DNA from: an uncultured Bacteroidaceae bacterium | GTDB taxonomy: Bacteria; Bacteroidota; Bacteroidia; Bacteroidales; GCA-2748055 | Reading direction: 5' to 3' | Length of the DNA stretch: 64,000 nucleotides | Assembly (NCBI GenBank): GCA_964539395.1 | Contig: CAZIIU010000015.1 | Location: 1,419-65,418, forward strand | Shown: one piece after another, positions 37,739 through 46,258 of the stretch | Layout: the number at the start of each line of letters is the position of its first letter | Position numbering within the stretch: the stretch's first letter is position 1 | Program-made: the position numbers and the translations under genes | Notes under the pieces: model-generated | What the model was told of the DNA's origin: nothing | What the model saw: the letters and a program-made list of their open reading frames with translations, nothing else | The model's database searches: none

Positions 37739-39640
37739 TCAGTATGCCCGCTTATTCACTCCTTCGATGTAGTTTATAAATGAGGTATTGACCACCTTGT
37801 TACCGCCCGGAGTGGGATAATCTCCTGTAAAATACCAGTCGCCGAGGTCATTTGGGATTGCCTCATGGAGCGCCTCTATGCTTTGATAAACGATCTTCAC
37901 CTCCGCCCTGATTCCCGGGGTTATAAGTAACTCTGCAATCTTATCAGAAACCTGCTGCGGTGTAAAGGGCCTGTAGATATCCTTTACGTAGTTGACTATG
38001 TTTTCTTTCGGCTCATGCTTTTGTGCCACCGATTTCTTGTAGACTTCATTGATCAAATGCGTCTTCCCGTGGTCCTTCAGCAATGCAATGGCTGCCTGGA
38101 AAGCAATAAAATCACTCAGTTTTGCCATATCAATGCCGTAACAGTCGGGATACCGTATCTGTGGAGACGAAGAGACTATTACGATCCGCCTTGGACCCAG
38201 CCGGTCGAGTATTCTTATAATACTCTCCCTCAAAGTTGTGCCGCGAACGATCGAATCGTCAATAATCACCAGGTTGTCCACCCCGCGCTTAATCGTACCA
38301 TAAGTAATATCGTATACATGATTTACCAGGTCCTTTCTTTCCTTATCTTGCGATATGAATGTCCTGAGTTTCAGGTCTTTGATTGCTACCTTTTCCACAC
38401 GTGGCCTGCGCGAGATAATCTCAGCCATCTGCTCATCATCAAGCTTTCCGTTGTTTTTCCTGATTTCCGCAATCTTCTCACTGGTCATCAACTCCTCAAC
38501 GCCTTTAACCATCCCGTAAAATGCCGACTCAGCCGTATTGGGTATGAAGGAGAATACCGTATTCTTTGTATCTCCCTCAATAGCCTCCATGATAGCCGGA
38601 ACCAGCAGCCTGCCCAGCATTTTACGCTCCTGGTAAATATTCCTGTCACTTCCCCTTGAAAAATAGATCCGCTCAAATGAGCATGACCTCCTCTCGAAAG
38701 GCTCTCTTACCTGTTCCTGTACAACTGTACCGTTCCTTTTGATCAGCAGGGCCTTCCCGGGCTCTATCTCGCGGATCTGGTCAACCTTAAGATCCATAAC
38801 TGTTTGGATGACCGGTCGTTCTGAGGCAGCGATCACGATCTCATCGTCGTGATAATAAAATGCAGGTCGGATACCCCAGGGATCGCGCATTACAAAGGCA
38901 TCACCATGACCGAGCATACCGGCAATGGTATACCCCCCGTCCCACCTCCTTGATGCCTCCGAAAGGATATTTCCAAGCCTCATTTTTTCTGCAATCATTT
39001 CGGAAATGTCTCTGTTTGTATACCCTTTTGACTTAAACTCATCAAATAGTGTCTGGTTCTCCCTGTCGAGAAAATGACCTACCTTTTCCATCATTGTAAC
39101 GGTATCAGAGAAGTCCTTGGGCGACTGTCCCAGATCGAGCAAGTGGCCAAACAGCTCATCTACATTGGTAAGATTAAAATTGCCAGCGATCACGAGAGTT
39201 CGTGTTTTCCAATTGTTCTGACGCATCACCGGGTGCAGGTTGTCGCTGGTGTTATCTCCGAAAGTTCCATATCGCAGGTGCCCGAGATACAGCTCCCCAA
39301 CAAAGGGCAGATTCATCTTCGCCCATTGGGCATCATTTACCGAATCGTAATGTTTGCGCTCCGCCTTTTTGAACTGGCCATAGATCGATTTGAAGATATC
39401 ATTGATAGCATCGGGTTTTGAGGATCGCATCCTGCTGAAATACTTGTTCCCGGGAGCCACATCCAGCTTCAGGCTTACCACCCCGGCTCCATCCTGTCCT
39501 CTGTTTCGTTGCTTCTCCATGAGCAGGTAAAGCTTTTGCAGCCCGTATCTCCAGGATCCATATTTCAGTTGATAGTATTCAAGGGGTTTCAGCAATCTGA
39601 TCATTGCAATCCCACACTTGTGCTTAATCTCGTCGCTCAT
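37739..39640 (-). CDS. purF: Amidophosphoribosyltransferase (long Bacteroidota form)
   Basis: N-terminal class-II glutamine amidotransferase Cys (MSDEIKHKCGIAMI), RGQDGAGV, and a PRTase loop (VIIDDSIVRGTT). Confidence 0.9.
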   Translation of the reverse strand: MSDEIKHKCGIAMIRLLKPLEYYQLKYGSWRYGLQKLYLLMEKQRNRGQDGAGVVSLKLDVAPGNKYFSRMRSSKPDAINDIFKSIYGQFKKAERKHYDSVNDAQWAKMNLPFVGELYLGHLRYGTFGDNTSDNLHPVMRQNNWKTRTLVIAGNFNLTNVDELFGHLLDLGQSPKDFSDTVTMMEKVGHFLDRENQTLFDEFKSKGYTNRDISEMIAEKMRLGNILSEASRRWDGGYTIAGMLGHGDAFVMRDPWGIRPAFYYHDDEIVIAASERPVIQTVMDLKVDQIREIEPGKALLIKRNGTVVQEQVREPFERRSCSFERIYFSRGSDRNIYQERKMLGRLLVPAIMEAIEGDTKNTVFSFIPNTAESAFYGMVKGVEELMTSEKIAEIRKNNGKLDDEQMAEIISRRPRVEKVAIKDLKLRTFISQDKERKDLVNHVYDITYGTIKRGVDNLVIIDDSIVRGTTLRESIIRILDRLGPRRIVIVSSSPQIRYPDCYGIDMAKLSDFIAFQAAIALLKDHGKTHLINEVYKKSVAQKHEPKENIVNYVKDIYRPFTPQQVSDKIAELLITPGIRAEVKIVYQSIEALHEAIPNDLGDWYFTGDYPTPGGNKVVNTSFINYIEGVNKRAY

Positions 39641-39659
39641 TGGAACAAAAAAATGAGGA

Positions 39660-40103
39660 TCACTCCCCTATAACAATAATATCTTCAACAATAAATGCAT
39701 CGTGGAAATCTCTCTTTAACTTATCAAGGACCTTTAATGCGTCGCGCCTTGTTCTGAAATCACCCACATAGATTTTATAATAAGAGTCAACATAGCCTCG
39801 ATAAATTGAAATCCCGGGATGCTGTGATAAAAAGTCTGCCATGACACGTTTCTGCTTATCTTTTGCCCCGATACCATTATCGGAAAAGATTCGAATCCTG
39901 TAACCTGTAACACCCCTGTTGCGGCTGTTTTGTATCATGTGCTTATTGTAATTCTCTATTATCAGCGGATCAAGCGTCACAGATACATTTCCATCCATCT
40001 CTTTCTGCATCAGCCTGTTGAGTGCATCGTCCGATCGACGACTCTGTGCCGTTAATGCAGTACTGAACGACAGTACGATAACAACCAGGAAAGTAAATTT
40101 CAT
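39660..40103 (-). CDS. SPOR-domain protein, secreted
   Basis: Signal peptide MKFTFLVVIVLSFSTALTAQ. The C-terminal ~75 aa are SPOR-like (YRIRIFSDNG...YKIYVGDFRTRRDALKVLDKLK). Confidence 0.65.
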   Translation of the reverse strand: MKFTFLVVIVLSFSTALTAQSRRSDDALNRLMQKEMDGNVSVTLDPLIIENYNKHMIQNSRNRGVTGYRIRIFSDNGIGAKDKQKRVMADFLSQHPGISIYRGYVDSYYKIYVGDFRTRRDALKVLDKLKRDFHDAFIVEDIIVIGE

Positions 40104-40114
40104 ATCTTAAAATC

Positions 40115-40846
40115 GTGGTTTCAAAATTAAATAAAAATATTAACTATTTTCGCTCTGTGTCTGTTAAACGTAAATTAGGCCGGAACATTGAAATTATCGC
40201 CGGATTATTCATGATCCTGTCGGCAATCTCTATGCTTGTTGCCTACCTGTTGAAATTCGACTACACCATTCCGAATGCAACCTTTGAAGAGGATATTGAC
40301 TTTCTTCTTGACAATATTTCGCGACATAAGGTAAGTGCCATCTTATGGATCGTGGCCGGAAGCTTGAACCTGCTCCTGCTGCCCTTCTATCTCCTCATGT
40401 TTCACCGCTTTCAGAAAGGTATGCATATTCTGAACGCCTTTTTTCTCCTTATAATTGCCTTTTCCTTTTTCAGGGCAGGATTCGGAGAGATCCAACTGGC
40501 CGGACTCACCATGGAAACCGCAGGTATCAGTTTGCAAACAGGTGATCCGCAAAGTGTGGCCATCCTGATCAATATCAAACAGATTCTCCTGTTGCTGAAA
40601 ATCGGTATAACTGCCTTTGGGGGTTTTATTACCATTTTAACCATTTCACGCTTCAGAAAGGTTAAATTTCCTTTAATAGGAAGTATAATGGCCTTCATGG
40701 CCGGACCGGTTATTATTACATTTACGTGGTTAAATCCTGATCACCTGGTCATGACCCTCGCTCTGGCCGCAGGTTGGGGGGGCTTGATCCTTGTAGGAGC
40801 CCAATTTGTAATTATCGGACTCACTGCCAAACTGGAAAAACAGTGA
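40115..40846 (+). CDS. Multi-pass membrane protein, hypothetical
   Basis: 243 aa with ~6 hydrophobic helices. No recognised family. The GTG start is uncertain. Confidence 0.45.
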   Translation: MVSKLNKNINYFRSVSVKRKLGRNIEIIAGLFMILSAISMLVAYLLKFDYTIPNATFEEDIDFLLDNISRHKVSAILWIVAGSLNLLLLPFYLLMFHRFQKGMHILNAFFLLIIAFSFFRAGFGEIQLAGLTMETAGISLQTGDPQSVAILINIKQILLLLKIGITAFGGFITILTISRFRKVKFPLIGSIMAFMAGPVIITFTWLNPDHLVMTLALAAGWGGLILVGAQFVIIGLTAKLEKQ

Positions 40847-41026
40847 GCCATCAATCAGGCACAAGAGTAATACTAATTAAAATGAGATTTAATAAATCGA
40901 CTTGTATTGCGAAAAAAACTATTATATATTCAGAGCCGGATGAACCATAAAGTTTCTTAACACTATTGATTAATCAGAAATACCGGTTTATCAATAGCTG
41001 CAAAACCATGAAATTACACGCAAAAA

Positions 41027-42136
41027 ATGATGAGAAAATCCGACATTGAACTACTGCAATCCATAATACCGGAAAAAGGGGCAAAAGAATTTATCATAGA
41101 ACTGATCGATGCACTCCCCAGCTATATTGCATTTCTTGATAGTGACAGGCGAATCATCTATTCCAACAAGACGATGTTGAATGCACTTGCCGATGGTGAA
41201 TTTGAGAACCTGTTCAGACTTCGTCCCGGGGAACTCTTCCAGTGTGTAAACGCTTCGACCACTCCCGGTGGATGTGGTGCTTCAGAGGGATGCGAGCTTT
41301 GTGGCACCATGCAGTCGATGGTGCAGTCGCGCAGCGAAAAGAAATCGGTAACAAAACAATTCCGGGTCCTTGGTTCCAAGGCCGGTAAATCAACATCCGG
41401 TATCTTCAGGTTCACCTCAACTCCCTTTCAGTTTGATGATCATTATTACTATATCATAACACTTGAAGATCTCAGTCACGAGATCCGGAAATCTGAACTC
41501 GAGCAGATATTTTTTCATGATCTGATGAACTCCATCGGTGGATTGCACGGAGTAATTGAATTGTTAAAACAACATGAAGAAATTGAACCGCTGTATATCG
41601 ACATCCTGGAGGCCTCATACAATACCTTGTACGATTCAATCCGGGAACAGAAACAGTACTTAATGGCTGAAAGAGGAGATTTGACCACCAATAGTGAACT
41701 GCTTCATACGCTGGACCTGATCATTGAAACCTCCCTTCCCTTCAAAGATAAAAAAGGATCGAATTGTTCTGTGTCAATTGCAGACAATACTGTTGAACTG
41801 GTATTTACCTCCGACTCCGCCCTTCTATCAAGGGTTCTCGCCAACATGATCAAAAACGCAGTAGAGGCATCTGCTGAGAATGACGTTGTCAGAGTTGGAG
41901 CAACAATACACAATGAAATGCTTCGTTTCTGGGTCCACAACCCTGGCTTCATCGCAAGAGAGAATCAGTTACATATTTTTGAACGCTCATTCTCAACGAA
42001 GGGTCGCGGCAGGGGACTTGGTACTTTCAGTATGAAACTACTGGGTGAAAACTACCTGGGAGGAAAGGTAGGATTCAGTACTGATGAGAAAGAGGGAACT
42101 ACTTTCTGGATCGATTTACCGATGGATAATGGATAA
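41027..42136 (+). CDS. Soluble sensor histidine kinase with Cys-rich PAS-like input domain
   Basis: No TM segments. The N-terminal PAS-like region contains CX9CX5CX2C (CVNASTTPGGCGASEGCELC, nt 41243-41302). H-box FFHDLMNSIGG, N-box ANMIKNAVEAS, G-boxes KGRGRGLGTFS and GTTFWIDLP. Confidence 0.85.
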   Translation: MMRKSDIELLQSIIPEKGAKEFIIELIDALPSYIAFLDSDRRIIYSNKTMLNALADGEFENLFRLRPGELFQCVNASTTPGGCGASEGCELCGTMQSMVQSRSEKKSVTKQFRVLGSKAGKSTSGIFRFTSTPFQFDDHYYYIITLEDLSHEIRKSELEQIFFHDLMNSIGGLHGVIELLKQHEEIEPLYIDILEASYNTLYDSIREQKQYLMAERGDLTTNSELLHTLDLIIETSLPFKDKKGSNCSVSIADNTVELVFTSDSALLSRVLANMIKNAVEASAENDVVRVGATIHNEMLRFWVHNPGFIARENQLHIFERSFSTKGRGRGLGTFSMKLLGENYLGGKVGFSTDEKEGTTFWIDLPMDNG

Positions 42137-42260
42137 CAGCCCTCGCTAAGCGTATCAGTCTCCTTAAACAGTTGAACCCGCTGCTGAGCCTCCTCTCATA
42201 TCGACAGTGCCGGCAAGCTTTCCGCTACAATGCAATGAATGACCCGGATCCGGAACATCC

Positions 42261-43001
42261 TTATCCTATTGCTGCCATCACCTCGTCGGATACCTCAAGA
42301 TTGTGAAACACATTCTGCACATCATCGTCATCTTCAAACTCATCTACAATCTTTAAGATCTGAATTGACTCCTCACGGGTAAGCTCCTTTGTATCGTTAG
42401 GGATTCGTTGCAATTCTGCACTCTCAGTCTCCAGTCCCATCTCCTCCAGCTTTTTCTGCACGTTGTGAAAATCCTCGAGCGGGGTTGTGATCATAAAAGT
42501 GTCGTCGTTTAACTCAATCTCTTCCACCCCGGCGTCGATAATCTCCAACTCAAACTCTTCGGGATCGATATCTCCTTTCGGCACAGTGATCACCCCTTTC
42601 CTGTCGAACAGGAAAGAGAGCGAACCATTGGTGCCGAGCGATCCCCCGCGTTTATTGAAGATTGCGCGAACACTGCTTACCGTACGATTATTATTGTCTG
42701 TGAGGCACTCTATAAATACTGCAATACCATGAGGCAGGTAACCTTCAAATGTTACCTCCTGAAAGCTTGAAGAATCTTTGTTCGCCTTGCTGATGGCCCG
42801 TTGAATATTGTCCTTCGGCATGTTCATACCCTTGGCAGTCTGAACGGCCGATCTTAACCGGGGGTTGGTTTCTGGGTCGCTGCCACCCAACTCGGCGGCA
42901 ATGGTAATCTCCTTGATCAGTTTTGTAAAGATCTTTCCCCTTTTTGCGTCGATGGCGCCCTTCTTTCTCTTAATGGTCGACCATTTGCTATGTCCCGACA
43001 T
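42261..43001 (-). CDS. YebC/PmpR-family transcriptional regulator
   Basis: The ORF 42261..43064 is trimmed to the ATG at 43001 (MSGHSKWSTIKRKKGAIDAKRGKIFTKL), the canonical family N-terminus. Confidence 0.93.
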   Translation of the reverse strand: MSGHSKWSTIKRKKGAIDAKRGKIFTKLIKEITIAAELGGSDPETNPRLRSAVQTAKGMNMPKDNIQRAISKANKDSSSFQEVTFEGYLPHGIAVFIECLTDNNNRTVSSVRAIFNKRGGSLGTNGSLSFLFDRKGVITVPKGDIDPEEFELEIIDAGVEEIELNDDTFMITTPLEDFHNVQKKLEEMGLETESAELQRIPNDTKELTREESIQILKIVDEFEDDDDVQNVFHNLEVSDEVMAAIG

Positions 43002-43199
43002 ATCCTTCAGTTTTTGTTTGATTGCAGAAATCAGGTAAAGGTCCTTCTCCAGCTTCCGTTGCATGAAAGGACCCTACAAAAATAGGAAATCAGCTTGATT
43101 TTGAAAACAGTCCCAGAAACTATTAACAGGCAACCAGAGGAATGCTGAAAGGGGAACATCAGTGAAGGACTACAGGTATTGACGGGCTCAGGCTGTATA

Positions 43200-43312
43200 G
43201 CCAACCGGGAAGCAACTACCGGGTCAACTGAAAAGCTGCCGGAAGTCAACCTGAGCGGCTACCGGGTCAACTGAAAAGTTGCCGGAAAGCAGCCTGAGCA
43301 ACTACCGGCTGA
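43200..43312. repeat. 43-bp tandem repeat (~2.3 copies) starting on the stop codon of the 43302..43835 gene
   Basis: Copies at 43216-43258 and 43259-43301 (ctaccgggtcaactgaaaag[c/t]tgccggaa..). A third partial copy, ctaccggct, begins at 43302, which is the CDS stop codon and last codons. Confidence 0.9.
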
Positions 43313-43835
43313 TCACCTGAACACCGCCGAATACTACGCCTACCTTGATATGCAGCGCCGAAGAATCGGCGCGGTAATTCTCCGAACTGTACTTTGAACT
43401 CCCAAAAACGGCCGTGTTCCCGCCTGGCAGCTCTGCCCCCGCGAAGACGGCATCGGCCTTGATCTTGTACGGCATATCCTCCCTCACTTTTATTACCGTT
43501 CCACCGAAAACTGTATTAATCTCCACGTGTACATCGCCCTTGCTCAGGTCTGTCTGGGTAAAATCATACACACCCTTTCCGAAGATCACGCTGTATTCCT
43601 TGCCATCCTCGGGTCTGTCGTATATACGTTCACTGAAGATTGTCTCCTCCGGACCGATCTTCCCCTCGGGGATCAGCACTCTGCCAAACAGAATCTTGAG
43701 CCCGATAAATATAAAGAATACACCAACGAGGACTTTGAATATAGGAAAATCCACGTTAAATACTACTTTGATGATGAGTGCAATGCCTAATGCCAGCAAC
43801 AACGCACCCCAGAATAAACCAGCTCCCATTTTCAT
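43302..43835 (-). CDS. Membrane protein with LiaF-like beta-rich C-terminal domain (hypothetical)
   Basis: Two N-terminal TM helices (GLFWGALLLALGIALII, VLVGVFFIFIGLKILF), followed by a repetitive V/G-rich domain ending in VFGGVQV, reminiscent of LiaF/DUF2154-type proteins. Confidence 0.5.
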   Translation of the reverse strand: MKMGAGLFWGALLLALGIALIIKVVFNVDFPIFKVLVGVFFIFIGLKILFGRVLIPEGKIGPEETIFSERIYDRPEDGKEYSVIFGKGVYDFTQTDLSKGDVHVEINTVFGGTVIKVREDMPYKIKADAVFAGAELPGGNTAVFGSSKYSSENYRADSSALHIKVGVVFGGVQVISR

Positions 43836-44112
43836 ATTGTTTTAGATTAATATTTTAAATCATTATTCCAATGTTCTGTTTGTCTTCATGCTCAGGGCTT
43901 CAACCCGGATAAGAATTCTCTTGAACATATTTTATAGTACAAAATTAAGAGGATTTTGCCAGTCAATATAGTACAAATCGGCGAATAGAACCATATAATC
44001 GGCGAATGCGTTCATTTACCGTTTGATAATCGGGTCACATTACTAAAGAATGAGGCCTGCTCAATGATTTTTGCTAATTTTACACCCCCAACCTGTTGAC
44101 TGTTCAATAGCA

Positions 44113-45522
44113 ATGTGCAAGAAGAAACTATATATCGAAACCTACGGCTGCCAGATGAACGTGGTCGACTCCGAGGTGGTGGTGGCGATCCTTCAGAAGC
44201 AGGATTATGAGGTAACTGAGAAAATGGAGGAGGCCGACCTGCTGCTGGTCAACACCTGCTCGATCCGCGACAACGCCGAGCAACGCGTGAACAAGCGGAT
44301 CGCCGAATTCGGGCGGCAGAAAAAGCTGAACGGTAATCTGGTTGTCGGGGTTATCGGTTGCATGGCTGAACGCCTGAAGGAGCAGCTGCTGGAAGATGAC
44401 CGGTCGGTGGACCTGGTGGTGGGTCCGGATGCCTACCGCGAACTACCCGCACTGCTGGCTGAGGTGGAGGTCGGACAGAAAGGGATCAACACCATGCTGT
44501 CGATGGAGGAGACCTATGCCGATCTAAGTCCGGTACGGCTCGACAAAAACCATGTGTCGGCGTTCGTATCGATCATGCGGGGATGTGATAACTTCTGTGC
44601 ATACTGTGTGGTGCCCTTCACCCGGGGCAGAGAGCGCAGCCGCGATCCGGGGACCATCGAATCAGAGGTGCGGGAGCTCTTCAATGCCGGGTACAGGGAG
44701 GTGACACTGCTTGGTCAGAATGTGAATTCGTATATATGGGATAAGCCGAAGGGTGGCAATACAACAGGTACCTGGAGCGACAGAACCCATAAGCAGCAAA
44801 GACAGGAAACAATACAACCAGAGGCTCCGGGAAATACCGTAAGATTTGAGGACCTATTGGAGCAGATGGCCCGGATCTCACCCCAGTTAAGACTCCGATT
44901 TGCCACTTCGCACCCGAAGGATCTGTCTGATAAACTGCTGCAAACCATGGCAAAGTACCCCAACCTCTGCCGCAACATTCACCTTCCGGTACAGTCGGGC
45001 AGTACTACCGTACTTAAGCGGATGAAACGCGGGTACACCCGGGAGATGTATGAAAGCAGAGTAAGAGCGATCAGGCAGTACCTGCCGGAAGTAACGATCT
45101 CTACCGATATCATCGCCGGTTTCTGTGGTGAGACGGAGAAGGAGCACGGTGATACCCTCAGCCTGATGCGCTGGGCAGGATTCGATTTCGCATATATGTT
45201 CAGGTACAGCGAACGGCCCGATACACTTGCAGCAAAAAAATACAGCGATGATGTGCCGGAGGAGATAAAAACCCGGCGGCTTAATGAAATTATTGCCCTC
45301 CAGGGCGAGCTTTCGCTCAAAAGCAAACAGGAAGATATTGGAAAAGTATTCGAGGTGCTCGTGGAAGGCACATCCAAAAAATCGAAATCGGAACTCGTCG
45401 GACGTACCAGTCAGAATAAAGTGGTGGTCTTCCCCGCTGAGGGACATAGACCTGGCGATTACGTGCATGTAAAAATATCTGATTGCACCTCCGCAACGCT
45501 GAAGGGTGAAACAGATTATTAA
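44113..45522 (+). CDS. miaB: tRNA-2-methylthio-N6-dimethylallyladenosine synthase
   Basis: The ORF is trimmed to the ATG at 44113 (MCKKKLYIETYGCQMN). Radical-SAM CDNFCAYC, LLGQNVNSY, and a TRAM domain at the C-terminus. Confidence 0.93.
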   Translation: MCKKKLYIETYGCQMNVVDSEVVVAILQKQDYEVTEKMEEADLLLVNTCSIRDNAEQRVNKRIAEFGRQKKLNGNLVVGVIGCMAERLKEQLLEDDRSVDLVVGPDAYRELPALLAEVEVGQKGINTMLSMEETYADLSPVRLDKNHVSAFVSIMRGCDNFCAYCVVPFTRGRERSRDPGTIESEVRELFNAGYREVTLLGQNVNSYIWDKPKGGNTTGTWSDRTHKQQRQETIQPEAPGNTVRFEDLLEQMARISPQLRLRFATSHPKDLSDKLLQTMAKYPNLCRNIHLPVQSGSTTVLKRMKRGYTREMYESRVRAIRQYLPEVTISTDIIAGFCGETEKEHGDTLSLMRWAGFDFAYMFRYSERPDTLAAKKYSDDVPEEIKTRRLNEIIALQGELSLKSKQEDIGKVFEVLVEGTSKKSKSELVGRTSQNKVVVFPAEGHRPGDYVHVKISDCTSATLKGETDY

Positions 45523-45542
45523 AAAAGGAGATTTCGCAACGA

Positions 45543-45893
45543 TCACTCATCCAGTTCCAATCCGAACTTTTCCCGCACTTCAAATGAAGAGAGAATTTCA
45601 AAATTGTTATAAATATCCGCCGCGGCAAGCAACTCTTTTACCTCATCGTCCACATTACAAAGCTGGAAATGACTTCCTTTGGCCTGTGATATCTCCGCCG
45701 CCATACTGAGGGTGCTGAATCCCGAAGAGTCGATAAAACGGATTCCCGCCAGATTAAAGATCACATGCCTTCCGGGCAAACTTACCAGGTCGTTTAGCTG
45801 TTCCCTGATCAGCTCTGAAAACAGGGTATTGAATTTATTTACATGGAAGAGTGATACTATAAATTTCTCCTCCTCCTTTGCCACTTTTAACAT
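45543..45893 (-). CDS. STAS-domain protein (anti-sigma-factor antagonist-like)
   Basis: 116 aa. The ..VIFNLAGIRFIDSSGFSTL.. motif carries the conserved DSSG phospho-serine loop of SpoIIAA/RsbV-type STAS domains. Confidence 0.75.
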   Translation of the reverse strand: MLKVAKEEEKFIVSLFHVNKFNTLFSELIREQLNDLVSLPGRHVIFNLAGIRFIDSSGFSTLSMAAEISQAKGSHFQLCNVDDEVKELLAAADIYNNFEILSSFEVREKFGLELDE

Positions 45894-46258
45894 AATACCG
45901 TTTTTTTAAATCGGTTTCCAGGGTACGAAATTAGAGATACATTAACCGGAAACCTACTCATAACAACATACTTATCCACAAAAAAAATCCTTTATTCACA
46001 GTCAACACGAATAGTTGCAACGTCACATTACTAGATGGAACTTATTCTTTAAAAAGACCATCCTGCTTATTTTATCGTTGCATTAACTGCAGATCATATT
46101 TCTACCCGTGACTACAAATACATAAAACCCCGGCAGTAGATGATGGACTGGCTGTTCTTGCTCCTTCGGCAGAAACATTCATAAACCGCTGCCCCCTGTC
46201 CGGAATAAATAGATGGGTATTCTTCTCACAGGCAGGCTCTCAGGTAGTGGTTTAAAAT

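Noticed and set aside
44887-45546. A 219-aa ORF antisense to miaB. Other long antisense ORFs are similar: 50456..51307 (283 aa, opposite PRODH), 48053..48631 (192 aa, opposite tadA), 35682..36197, 9653..10162, 19221..19898, 32700..33350 and 15312..15800.
   Set aside because: Each lies entirely opposite a confidently identified, motif-rich gene. None has a recognisable domain and all have odd composition. They fit best as shadow ORFs arising from codon bias on the opposite strand.
45972-45980. A perfect DnaA box (TTATCCACA), suggesting a replication origin.
   Set aside because: It is a single occurrence. A 9-mer is expected about 0.5 times by chance in 64 kb on two strands. There is no cluster of boxes, no AT-rich DUE, and no dnaA/dnaN nearby.
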